Assembly: GCA_963804165.1 (NCBI GenBank)
Contig: CAWDPO010000023.1
Span: 32,001 to 96,000 of the forward strand
Length of the DNA stretch: 64,000 nt
Direction of reading: 5' to 3'
DNA from: an uncultured delta proteobacterium
Lineage (GTDB): Bacteria; Desulfobacterota; Binatia; UBA9968
The notes under the pieces were generated by a model. The model made no database searches and had not been told where the DNA came from. It was given only the letters and a program-made list of their open reading frames with translations. Positions 10,427 to 21,658 of this stretch are shown piece after piece. Numbering within the stretch: the first letter of the stretch is position 1; every line of letters begins with the position of its first letter. Both the position numbers and the translations under genes were made by a program.

Positions 10427-10873
10427 CTTTCCTCCTGTCTTGTGGGATCAAACCCACGGCAACGTTTCAAATCCATTTCCGGGTTCAGGTAGAAAACCTT
10501 TTTCCTTAGCCCTATCCCGTTCAACTTTTCGACATCCATACCGAAATCAGTATCTACGAACAAATCTTTCGAACCTCAGCGCTATGGTAGGCTGGGCTTT
10601 CTTGGCGATTAAATGCCTCACGACGTTGTCCGTTATGCTTCACGGCCGCTTCATCTCGAACAGTTGCCGATTTTCTGCCATTCCCGCTATGGCAGCCCCA
10701 GTCTGAATTTTGTCAGGGCCCGAGCTGCTCCGATCGCTTCTGCACCCATGGCGTGGTATGAGTACAAATCTTACGGCTGTCGGTCGCGAACTCAGTAGTC
10801 AAGTGTTTTCACAGACATTATTTTGGCACCCGCCAAGAAATTCCTGATAATTTCAACTTCGACCGATTCAAGA

Positions 10874-11671
10874 TTACCTTGATGAATGTTGTGCCAAAGA
10901 GTCAATCTCTGACTTCACCATGCTTTTAATTAGTTGCTCAAACGTTACACGAAGCTCCCAGTCCAATTTATTCTTCGCTTAGGCAGGATTCACTTTCAGT
11001 TCGTATATCTCTGCCGGCCGATACAACCTCTGGTCAATCGAGATATACTCCTTCGAATCCAGCCCAACGGAACGAAAAGCAATCTCTACCAGTTCAGTGA
11101 CTGAATGACTCTCACCCTTGCTATCACATAGTCATCCGGATTCTTCTGTTGCAACATAAGCCACATGGCCGTCACATAGTCACCCGCGTAACTCCAGTCC
11201 CTCTTGGCATCTAAATTGCCGAGAATCAATCGCTTTGCGATTCCTAGCTTAATCTTCGCGACGGTATTCGTGATTTTTCTCGACACAAACTCAAACCCTC
11301 GTCTCGGCGATTCGTGATTAAAACAAATGCCGCTCACCGCGTAGAGGTTATAAGCCTGGCGATAATTTTCCGTTAGCTGGAAACCGGCCACTTTCGAGAT
11401 TCCATACGGCGAGCGCGGGTGAAAACTAGTATTTTCATTTTGCGGTGTTTCTTTCGCGTTCCCAAACATTTCGCTCAATGCAGCAAAGTAAAACCGCGCG
11501 CGCGGCGCTCTTTCCTTCATCGGTGGCGAGCACGTAATGGGTATCGTTAATGTTCGTGCCGGTCGTCGAGAATTCGTCCTCGAAGCAATACCTCACGAAG
11601 CTTTGCACTTGCTCCGGATCCTTGATCGCTACCCGCCTGACCGTGCCATGGATGTCATAGCCTTTATCCAC
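10874..11671 (-). pseudogene. gmd: GDP-mannose 4,6-dehydratase pseudogene
   Basis: [28 protein letters not shown] and C-terminal FEQLIKSMV are present. The N-terminal GxxGxxG is missing, and a segment is deleted between KDPE and QSFV, which is more than indel noise. Confidence 0.8.
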
Positions 11672-12381
11672 GAAAAGCGGCTCCGGCGTTTCTAATCGTT
11701 TCCTACTGACTATTTGCGCAGCCCGAGCTCCAGATGGACTTCATCTAGCAATTCGCGCGCGAACACTTCCTCCACCGAGATTGCGCGGGTTCCATGTCAC
11801 AGTTCGACATTAATCGGAAAGCCACTAAAGCACAATTGATGAGCGCAATTGCCGCCTGTCCTCTCTGCTTTTTCCTAGGTGTGTAACTTGATTCGATTTG
11901 TCAGAGGGAGATCTATTCGTCTTTGTCCGGGATTTTTGACCAGCAAAGTAATCGCAAAGCTAAGAAATTCTTCTTTGTTCTCTGCTGGTTACAGGTGCTA
12001 CGAGAATCTCCAATCCTCGTGCCGGGTCGGATTCAAATAGTTGGAATCCGATTTAGACCAGCAATGGTAGCTGCGTCTGGATCCGACTGTCTCCTCCGCC
12101 ATATTGGACCAAAGTCCAATATACTGGGTTCTAACTGTTCGCTATACAAAATTCATTAGCAAGCTCTGGAACTAGTTGGCTGAGGACACGCAATCCTAAT
12201 GAGCGAAATGCTTGGACCGAATACTGCCCGGAGATCTATCTTCCTTTCAGGTGCCGAAATGTTTTGTCTGCTATCCAATAAAGTTAAGCCGCGCGCTGCA
12301 GAAGAGTAGACGTAGGCAAGTTGACACTTCTATGCTCAACGCTTTCAGACAGTCTAATGATCGAGCCAGAATTACAGATAT

Positions 12382-12558
12382 GTCCACCGCTGTGTAACTC
12401 GATCAAGCGGTAGGCACAGCGATCTCCTGCGAACGGGGATCAGAAAGGAGGGGAACCATAAAGGTTGTTTAATATTCCAGACAGTCCCACCGCTGTGTAA
12501 CTCGCACCAAGCGGTAGGCGCAACGATCTCCGGCTAACGGGGATCAGAAAGGACAGGA
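12382..12558 (+). ncRNA. Tandem duplicated ~70-nt two-hairpin motif upstream of a CDS (candidate cis-regulatory RNA)
   Basis: Copies at ~12382-12450 and ~12484-12558 keep the stems CCACCGCT/AGCGGTAGG and GATCTCC/GGGGATC while the loops differ. Confidence 0.45.
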
Positions 12559-12564
12559 GAAACG

Positions 12565-12972
12565 ATGAAGATAGGATATCTAGGGAGGGCCGTTGGCTTC
12601 GCATCGGTCCTCTTGCTGGTCGCCCTTGGCAGCGCCAGCGCTGACGAGTGGTTCGTGCTAAGCGAGAAGATGGTCAAGGCCACCGATCCAAGCACGGACA
12701 TCAAGGCCGAAGCGGGGAAGATGTGGAAGGAGGACATCAAGAAGATGAAGATCTCGGTCGAGGGCGGTGACGTGGAGATCACGAAGGTCGTCCTCCGCTG
12801 GAAGGGTCGTAAAGACGACACCATCACGAAGGTCGGAGTCGTGAAGTCGGGAGGACAAACGGCTGAGAAGGACGCTCCAGGACGCGAGGCGACCCTCACG
12901 TCGGTGGCGGTCCAGTACAAGATCCTCGATAATAAACCGACGGCCACCCTCAAAGTTTGGGGATACGACTGA
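12565..12972 (+). CDS. Small exported beta-rich protein (DUF2541/YaaI-like)
   Basis: AGGAGA RBS, signal peptide ending ASA-D, W-x-x-L start, and a KISVEGGDVEITKVVL pattern. Confidence 0.65.
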   Translation: MKIGYLGRAVGFASVLLLVALGSASADEWFVLSEKMVKATDPSTDIKAEAGKMWKEDIKKMKISVEGGDVEITKVVLRWKGRKDDTITKVGVVKSGGQTAEKDAPGREATLTSVAVQYKILDNKPTATLKVWGYD

Positions 12973-13214
12973 GCGGGGTATGAACACCGGCCAGCAGACA
13001 TGAGCCGCGATCAACGACGCAAGGGCGAAGCGATCACGGTTTACGTTTGCTGGAGTCGAGCACGGCTGCGGCGTTCACGTCCCACGGGCACGGGTGGTAA
13101 GGCTTCGGCAAAGCGAAGCCTCGCCACCCCGCCATGACCGGCTTCGATATCGAGTCGATTCCGCTTCAACAATGCCAGCCGAGCGGGCCGAAGCCAAGCA
13201 CCCGCCAGCCCATC

Positions 13215-13265
13215 CGCCGTGCAGATCGATCCCTCCGTACAACTTCATCTCCGTCTCCTCCTTCG
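13215..13265 (-). mobile_element. IS110-family transposase 5' stub
   Basis: AAGGAGGAG RBS then MKLYGGIDLH, the start of the IS110 DEDD/RuvC domain (GIDLH), after which similarity ends. Confidence 0.55.
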
Positions 13266-13542
13266 ACACTAAAGTTTGATCGCTCAAACTTACTGGCCTA
13301 CCAGAGAAACCGGCTAGATGATTATCAGGTCTCGATATAATATAAACAATTGAGCTACTGCCGATGCTTGAGTTGGGAGGAATCGGACCCCAGGGGCATC
13401 TATCTTGGCGAACACGCTGTTCAGGGCGGCAAGCAGAGTGGCCGCAGGCGCTGGGCGTTCACGATCTACGACAAGCAGAACCGCTTGCTACTTGAAACAG
13501 GTCGGAGAGCTAGCCGGCCACCGTGAGCGTTTACGGCTAAAA

Positions 13543-14090
13543 TCAAAAGGGAGTTTGGCCAGCCCGTTTGGCCCACTGGATAACCCCGCTGGAATTGTAT
13601 TTCGCCACAAATATGTCAGCGCCGCCGGCGGAGGTAAGCGAAGTCTGATTAGGGTCACCAGCGCCATAAGTTTCCGTGCCGCCAAAGTTGCCGGTCACGT
13701 AGAGATTATTCGCGCTATCCGCTACCATGCTCTGGACAATACCACCTAAGCGCTTCGCCCATTGCAGCGTGCCGCGGGGGCTGTACTTGGCGATAAAGCT
13801 CCCGCTGGGCGACAACGTCGTTTGATTGGCTTCGCCCAGTCCAAATGTTGCCGAGCTAAAAAAAATGCCGGCAGCATAGCTATTTCCGGCGCTATCTACG
13901 GCTGAGGCGTGACCCTGATCGCTACCACTTCCTCCGGCGCGCTTGGCCCAGATCAAATTTTGCGCTTGAGCCTCACAACACAGCGCCAGGAACCAGCCGA
14001 TGAGGGCAGTGCCGATGATCAGTTTTTGCCTTGGGAAACCGCACGATGGGAGAGCGAACGGCGATTCTTTCCCGGTGTGAGTTTTCATTG
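13543..14090 (-). pseudogene. Truncated secreted SBBP-type beta-propeller repeat protein
   Basis: Signal peptide (AQA-Q), then repeats WAKRAGG...AVDSAGNSY...FIAKY..G.LQWAK. Ends after about 2.5 repeats. Confidence 0.65.
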
Positions 14091-14289
14091 TCGCTCCTAT
14101 GCTTCCGGTCGAATAAGGCAGATCGCAGAGCCTTGAACGTGCGCCTGTATCGAAACTCGTCGAGAAATGCAAGCGCTCGCAGTCGTTACCCTGGCGGCTG
14201 GAGATCGAATTTGCTTGGCAAACGCGCTCAAAGGCCGCTGTAAAGCAACCGGTAAACGAACCCGCTAAAACGCGTTAGGTTGGATCGAC

Positions 14290-14545
14290 CTTGTTCTTTG
14301 CCCATTGATGTTCTCCTTGTTTGTCTCTTCTGCTGGTGCCGAGAACCACAGAGCAAAAGAAAATGGTAGGCGGTCTATAGTACTGTAGAGTGCCGCTGTC
14401 AAACGGCCTTGGGAAGGACTGCAGGCTTAGGTTGAGGTTGAGATTTAGGCTCAGCCTTTACCTTCGTCACCGATTCTGCGATCGTGTGGAAAACTTTTGC
14501 CTACAACACTCGACTTCAGCACTAGCCTGAACCTTAACCTCACCC
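14290..14545. repeat. Conserved intergenic module (hexamer-repeat hairpin + promoter + 5'UTR/RBS); copies at ~19090-19330 and ~21510-21657
   Basis: Shared ttgtctcttctg...gcagagca...taggcggt(c/g)tata...tgtcaaa. A 57-bp core, ccttcgtcaccgatt...caacactcgacttc, is present in copies 1 and 2. Confidence 0.9.
14374..14402 (-). promoter_or_regulatory. Sigma70-type promoter, module copy 1
   Basis: TTGACA-17 bp-TATAGA on the minus strand. Confidence 0.75.
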
Positions 14546-14547
14546 TC

Positions 14548-16798
14548 TTACAGCAGTCCCATCGCTCTTAAGATCGTCACCTGTGGCAGCACCGGCACAA
14601 AGCCCGCTCCGCCGAAGCTCAGCGCGGGGGTAAAAAAACCAGACGTCGAGCCTACGACAAACCAATTTCCTGTGCTTTGCTGATAGACCGCCGCATCGGT
14701 CTCCCCATCGCTGTCATAGTCCCCCGCCACGGGAGTAAATCCAGCTCCCCCAAAATTTAATACCTGGCGAAACCCTGACGTCGATCCGACAATGAACCAG
14801 TTCCCTGTGCTACTCTGATACACCGCGGCATCCGCCCTTCCGTCGCCATCGTAATCCCCAGGTATTGGAATGAACCCCGCTCCACCGAAGTTCAGTGCTG
14901 GTGTGAAAAACCCCTGTATGGATCCCAGCACAAACCAATTCCCCGTGCTCGTCTGGTACACGCCTACGTCGATCTTGCCGTCGCCATCATAGTCTCCCGG
15001 TACCGGGACGAAACCCGCGCCGCCGAAGCTTAATGCGGGAGTGAAAAATCCTGAAACCGATCCCACTGCAAACCAATCTCCGGTCCTCGTTTGATACACC
15101 GCTACGTCCACCTTCCCATCGCCGTCATAGTCACCCGGTACAGGGATGAATCCCGCGCCACCAAAGTTCAGTGCCAGCGTGAAAAATCCCGAGGTTGTCC
15201 CCACCGCAAACCAGTTGCCCGTAGATTGGTGATACACTGCCGCATCGGCCTTCCCGTCAGCGTCGTAGTCTCCCGAAACCGGAAGGAAGTCTGACCCGCC
15301 AAAGTTCACCGCCGGTCTGAAAAATCCCGTGCTCGACTCCACCACAAACCAGTTGCCGGTGCCGGCCTGATACACGGCCACATCTGTCTCCCCATCTCCG
15401 CCAAAATCCACCGGCGCCGGTGATCCGGCTTCAAACTCATACGCTCCAATGTCGCACGCGAAGCTGCCGTTGTGATCGCCGTCCACCGTGCGCGGAAAAC
15501 CGCGCTGGTCGATGAGCGGCTTCGGCCCGAGTTCGCAGTCGCCTGCGTCAATCGCCGGGCTGCTGGCAGCCAGTGCGTGGGTCTTGGTCGGACCGCCGTT
15601 GAATTTGAGCGAGCCCAACTGCGCACTGGCCACAATCGGCGCCGCGCCGGTAACCGTACAGTTTTGAACCCCCATCAAGTTATGGCCGTCTGAATCGATC
15701 GTCCCGGCACAGTCGTCGAAGTCGATCGTAAGGGGAGTGAGATTTGTGACAGCCCGATTGTCCGCAAGTATGGTGTTTTGAAACGTGGTCGTCGCCGAAG
15801 CGCTGGTCGACACTCCACCGCCTACTCCTGCCGCTGTCCCCACGCCCGCACTGTTCAGGGTAATCGTACTGTTGAAGATTTGAACGATTCCGGGTGATGA
15901 AATTGCAGATCCCTCCGCCATTCTCCCTCGCCCTATTGTCGCTGATCGTGCTGTTGATTATCATCGGGTTGCCGCAGCCACGGCGATCCCCCCGCCGCAG
16001 GAGTGCCCAAGGGCTTCCGATCACGCTGTTACCGCTGATCGTGCTGTTGATAACGGTCAATGGGCCAATATTGCCGATACCGGCACCCGCCCAAAGGATG
16101 GCACCTGCCACTCACGGTGCTGATTGGTAAGATTCAGCACGCCAAAATTCTGCGCGCCACCACCGCCGCTACGATACCACCGCCCTAGGCGCTGTTATTG
16201 CTCACCGTGCTGTTGATAAGGTTCACGATGCCGCCGTTGTTAAAAATGCCGCCTCCGGCCGCACTACCGCTATGGTTGTTCTTTATGATGCTATCGGTCA
16301 GTGTTTTATGCGCCCCCGTTAAAAATACCGGCCCCGCTCGAGTTGCCTCCATTGCGAATAGTGACTCCGGACATATTTACGGTCACTGAAGCGCTGATTT
16401 CGACAACCCGGTCGCTGCCGTTGCCCTCGATGATGGTCAGTGACGAGCCCGCGCCGACGATGCTCATGCTCGCGGTAATATCCAGGTCCCCAATAGTCTC
16501 GTCATCGTTTGGTAAATTTAGGCAATATTCAAAGCATAAATTCCGGCCGGCAAAATGATCGTCGCACCACCCCCGACTGTCTGATTGGCCTCCATAATCG
16601 CCGCCCGCAGGGTACAGAAGCCCTCTGGAAATGTGGCACAGATTCCATTGCCGGGATTCTCATCGGGACCGCGAGTGAAAAGTCACTGGTGCTGTTCACC
16701 GTAAATGTAACTGCTTGGGCTGGAGCGAAGCTCACAAACACGCAGTAAAGAGCAATGCTAAATGCGAATATGAAGTGGACCGGGGCATATCTTCTCAT
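14548..16798 (-). CDS. Secreted CSLREA/beta-helix protein with choice-of-anchor-Q-like segment and six C-terminal FG-GAP-like repeats (frameshifted); array member 1
   Basis: Signal peptide AQA-VTFTVNST, CTLRAAIMEAN, GGG/NST repeats, NGGPTKTHAL...SPAIDAG...DQRG...CDIGAYE, six D(Y/F)xxDGxxDxxVY repeats, and tail LPQVTILRAMGLL. Confidence 0.8.
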
Positions 16799-16837
16799 TC
16801 CGATTTCCCTCCCCAGAACTCATAACAAAAACCTTCT

Positions 16838-19096
16838 TCAAAGCAGCCCCATTGCCTAGAATCGTCACCTGCGGCAGCACGGGCACAAAGCCCGATCCAC
16901 CAGCTCAGCGCAGAAGTGTGAAAAACCCCGTTTGAGTCGTTCCCATCACAAACCAATTCCCGCTGCTGTTCTGATACACAGCCGCATCCGTCTTCCCATC
17001 TCCGTCATAGTCTCCCGCCACGGGAGTGAATCCAGAGCCACCAAAATTTAATACCTGTTGAAAGCCAGAGGTCGATCCGAGTGCAAACCAATTGCCGTTG
17101 CTGCTCCGGATACACTGCTGCATCGGTCTTGCCGTCGCCATCGTAGTCACCTGGCATGGGAATGAATCCTGTTCCGCCAAAGCTTAGTGCTGGCGTGAAA
17201 AATCCCTGAGTCGATCCCACCGCAAACCAGTTCCCCGTGCTCGTTTGATATACCGCCACATCCGTCTTGCCGTCGCCATCATAATCTCCAGGGACTGGGA
17301 TAAATCCCGCTCCACCGAAACTCAGCGCAGGTGTGAAAAATCCAGACGTTGTTCCGACTACAAACCAGTTGCCCGTACTCTGTTGATACACCGCTACGTC
17401 GGTCTTGCCGTCCCCGTCATAATCTCCGGGGACTCGGGATAAATCCGGCTCCGCCAAAGTTCAGAACCTGAAAAAACCCAGAGGTCGACCCCACGATAAA
17501 CCAGTTCCCCGTGCTCTGTTGATAGACCGCGACATCGGTTCTCCATCTCCGTCATAGTCTTTCGGCACTGGAAGAAAACTAGAGCCGCCAAAGTTTAACT
17601 GTTGATCAAATCCCGCCTGGACTGAACAAAAAACCAGTTGCCGGAACTTGTCTGATACACCGCCACGTCGGTCTTGATGTCGCTATCCAAATCCACCGTC
17701 GTGGTGGTTCCGCTGCCAAACTCTACTGCACCAATGTCGCAGCGCACTGTGCCGTTGTTATCGCCGTCGACCGTTCGAAGAAAAGCCTCTCTGGTCTCGC
17801 CCGATGAGGGCACCAAGATTATCTCTACATCCACTGGGATTTCCTGCGTCGATCGCCGGACTGCAAGGCAGCGGGGTATGCGTCAGCGTCGGACCGCCGT
17901 TGTCCTGCAGCTCTCCCAGCAGGGGGTCGGGAATTATCTACCGCCACCTCCATTCTCGCGCAGCCGCTCGTACGAACATCAGGTTGTTACCGTTTGAGTT
18001 GATCGTCCCCGCGCAGTCGGAGGGGGTCGTAAAAGGGGGCCCCGTGAAGAACGGCGATCGCTAGCGAGGATGGTGTTACGGAAGATGAAAGTGTCTCCTC
18101 CCTCCACAAACACGCCGCCACCCGCCCCAAGCTGAGCGTGAAAGCAGCCAGGTTTTGCGTAATCGTGGTGTTAGATAAATTTCACCGAGCTGCTGGAAGT
18201 GACGTAGATGCCACCGCCATTGTCCGCAACGTCGTTCCCGCTCACCGTGCTGTTGATGAGTGTTGTTCGTGCCAAAACTACTATAGATACCACCGCCATT
18301 GGCGGCGCTATTGAGGTTCACGGTGCTGTTCGTCAGCGTCAATGTGCCCCCGTTCAAGATACCGCCGCCATTGATGTCGGCGATGTTGTCGATCACTGTG
18401 CTGTTGGTAAGCGTCATTGTGTCGCCGTTGTAGATGCCGCCACCAAAGCCGAACAAGACGATGTCGTTGAACACCGCGTGGCTGGCTACGTTGTTACTCA
18501 CCGTGGTGTTGGTCAGTGTCATTATGCCGCCGTTAGTGAAGTCGCCAGTGATGCCGACACTGTTGAGCCTCACCGTGCTGTTGGTCAGCGCCAATGTGCC
18601 CCCGTGTTAAGATGCCGCCACCGCCGATAAACCCATTAAGAGAACTGTTTTGGCTCCGTTCTGAATAGTGACTTCGTTGATGCTAACTGCGGCGGGGAAG
18701 TTAATTGTCAGGACTAGTGTTGAAGTGTTAGGACGCACGCCCTTGTTGCCGTCGATGATGCGCTCGTCGCGGCTCCGCCACCGTTATGAGGTGACATTGC
18801 CGGTGATAGTCAGTTCCGCAACAATGGTCAGAAGGTACACGTTTGGCGCTGGAAGCGACGGTAGAATGATCTGGTCGTCTCCGGCCAGCGCGTTGGCCTC
18901 CTCAATGGCCGCCCGTAGCGTGCAGATATTGTTTGCGGAATAGCATCAGCAAACACCGTTGCCGGGATTCGTGTCTGGAAGGTCAACTGCTGGCGTTCAC
19001 TGTAAACACCGCCGCGTGCGCGTATGCCGCTGTCACTAGCCAGAAAACAAAAACACCCAGGCACTTTATAGTCCAGGCATTTCGTTCCTTGCCCAT
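16838..19096 (-). CDS. Secreted CSLREA/beta-helix protein with C-terminal FG-GAP-like repeats (heavily frameshifted); array member 2
   Basis: Manual start MGKERNAWTIKCLGVFVFWLVTAAYAHA-AVFTVN, CTLRAAIEEAN, TLTNSTV repeats, CDIGAVE, GDYDGDGKTD repeats. The tail VLPQVTIL..AMGLL has one base missing. Confidence 0.72.
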
Positions 19097-19165
19097 CGAC
19101 GTTCTCCCTGTTTTGTCTCTTCTGCTGTTGCTGAGAACGGCAGAGCACAAGAAAATAGTAGGCGG

Positions 19166-19194
19166 TCTATATTACTGGAAGGTGCCGTTGTCAA
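19166..19194 (-). promoter_or_regulatory. Sigma70-type promoter, module copy 2
   Basis: TTGACA-17 bp-TATAGA. Confidence 0.75.
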
Positions 19195-19334
19195 ATGGAT
19201 GCAGGTTTAGATTGAGGTCGAATTTAGGCTCGGTTAAGCACAACCTTCGTCACCGATTATGCGATCGCGTGGAAAACTTTTGCCTACAACACTCGACTTC
19301 AACCTTAGCCTGAACCCTAACCCCACCCTCTCGC

Positions 19335-21512
19335 CTAGAGCATTCCCATCGCCCTCAAAATCGTCACCTGTGGCAGCACCGGCACAAAGCCCGATCCGCC
19401 AAAGCCCAACGCGGGGGTGAAAAACCCCGGGCGTCGATCCCACGACAAACCAGTTTCCCGTGCTTCGCTGATACACCGCCACATCGGTCTTCCCATCGCC
19501 GTCATAGTCTCCTGCCACGGGAGTAAATCCAGCTCCACCGAAGTTTAATACCTGCAGAAACCCAGACGTCGATCCCAGCGCAAACCAGTTCCCGTTGCTG
19601 CTCCGATATACCGCAGGATCTGTCTTTCCATCTCCGTCGTAATCTCCAGGCACGGGGATGAATCCGCTGCCGCCGAAGTTCAGCGCCGGAGTGAAAAACC
19701 CTGTGCTCGATCCCACGACAAACCAGTTACCGCTACTCATGTGATATACGGCTACGTCTGTCTCTCCATCTCCGTCATAGTCTCCCGGTACGGGGATGAA
19801 ACCTGCACCACCGAAGTTCAATGCTGGAGTGAAAAACCCCTGACTCGTTCCCACCACAAACCAATTGCCTGTACTTTGCTGATATACCGCAACATCGGTT
19901 TTCCCGTCGCCGTCATAGTCGCCCGGTACAGGGATAAATCCTGCGCCGCCAAAGTTCAGAACCTGAAAAAACCCAGAGGTCGACCCCACGATAAACCAGT
20001 TCCCCGTGCTCTGTTGATAGACCGCGACATCGGTCTCTCCATCTCCGTCATAGTCTTTCGGCACAGGAAGAAAACTCGGTCCCCCAAAGTTTAACTGTTG
20101 ATCAAATCCCGCCGCGGACTGAACAAAGAACCAGTTGCCGGAACTTGTCTGATACACCGCCACGTCGGTCTTGATGTCGCTATCCAAATCCACCGTCGCG
20201 GTGGTTCCGCTGCCAAACTCTACTGCACCAATGTCGCAGCGCACCGTGCCGTTGTTATCGCCGTCGACCGTTCGGGAAAAGCCTCTCTGGTCTCGCCCAA
20301 TGAGGGCACCAAGATTATCTCTACATCCACTGGGATTTCCTGCGTCGATCGCCGGACTGCCAGGTAGCGGGGCATGCGTCTGCGTCGGTCCACCGTTGTT
20401 TTGAAGATCCCCCAGTAAGGGATCGGCAAATGTAACCCCGCCACCGTTCACCGTGCAAGTAAGACCCCGTATCAGGTTAAATCCATTTGAATTGATCGTC
20501 CCCGTGCAGTCGTCGGGGAGTACCACCACCCCCTGTCGCGAATTTCCTGCGAGAATGGTGTTTTGGAAATTGAAACTCCCTCCCGCCTCCACATACACGC
20601 CTCCACCAGAACCAGCCCCGTTTAGTGCAATCGTTGAGTTAAATGAATTTGCCGTGAAAGAATTGACGTTGATGCCGCCGCCATTACCGATGGCGCTATT
20701 GCCGCTCACCGTGCTGTTGATTAGTCTTAATGTGATTTCTGTGTTGTAGATGCCGCCACCATCTAAGCCGGCGTCATTGCCGCTCACTGTGCTGTTGATC
20801 AGTGTCGATTGCCGCCGCTGGCGGCGTAAATACCGCCGCCATCGAAACTGGCGCTGTTGCCGCTCACTGTGCTATTGATCAGTGCCACTGTGACGCCGCT
20901 GTTGTGGAACATGCCACCGCCACGATCGCTGGCGCTGTTGCTGCTCACCGTGCTGTTGATCAGCGTCAGGTTACCCCCTAAAGCGCGGATGCCGCCGCCT
21001 AAGCGGGCGCTGTTGCCGCTCACCGTGCTGTTAGTCAGAGTCAATGCGCCATCGCTGTTAGAGATACCACCGCCGCTCCCACTTGCGCGTCCTCCATTAC
21101 GAATGCTGACTCCGCTGATGTTTACAGTGGCATCTGCTATAGCCAAGACTCCGCTCTCAGGACGAACGGCCTTGTTCCCATCGATGATGGTCGCGGACGC
21201 GCCGCCGCCGGTGATCGTTAGATCGTCAGTGATAGTCAGCTGGACAGCGCTGGTCAGAAGGTAAGCGCTGGGGGCCGGCAGTGCCGGCAGAGCGATCTGG
21301 TCCGCCCCGGCCAAGGCGTTGGCCTCTTCTATAGCCGCCCGCAGCGTGCACACGCCGCCGGGTGTGCTACAGATTCCATTGCCGGGATTCGCATCCGATA
21401 CGTCCGATGGACTGTTTACGGTGAAGGTTGCCGCCTGGACGTATCCTGTAACCAACCAGAAAACAAAAACGCCCATGCGTTTCAGAATCCGGAGGCTTCG
21501 TTCCGTACCCAC
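19335..21512 (-). CDS. Secreted CSLREA/beta-helix protein with six C-terminal FG-GAP-like repeats (about 2 frameshifts); array member 3
   Basis: ORFs 20799-21512, 19234-20787 and 19335-19538 join. CTLRAAIEEAN, LINSTVSGN repeats, and tail LPQVTILRAMGML. Confidence 0.82.
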
Positions 21513-21580
21513 TGTCGTCCTCCTTGTTGTCTCTTCTGGTGTTGCCGAGAACGGCAGAGCACAGAAAAAATTGTAGGCGG

Positions 21581-21609
21581 TGTATAGTACTGGAAGGTTC
21601 CCTTGTCAA
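21581..21609 (-). promoter_or_regulatory. Sigma70-type promoter, module copy 3
   Basis: TTGACA-17 bp-TATACA. Confidence 0.7.
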
Positions 21610-21658
21610 ACGGCGGCAGGTTTAGGTCGAGGTGTAAGCTCAGCCTAACTTCACCCTC

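Noticed and set aside
10440-10860. Short ORFs between the methyltransferase and the gmd pseudogene
   Set aside because: No recognisable product. Likely intergenic or decayed DNA.
14460-14520. 57-bp core translating as RHRFCDRVEN / KSFP.DR, vaguely like four-helix-bundle or Avd proteins
   Set aside because: Too short, with no start or RBS. The similarity cannot be supported by eye.
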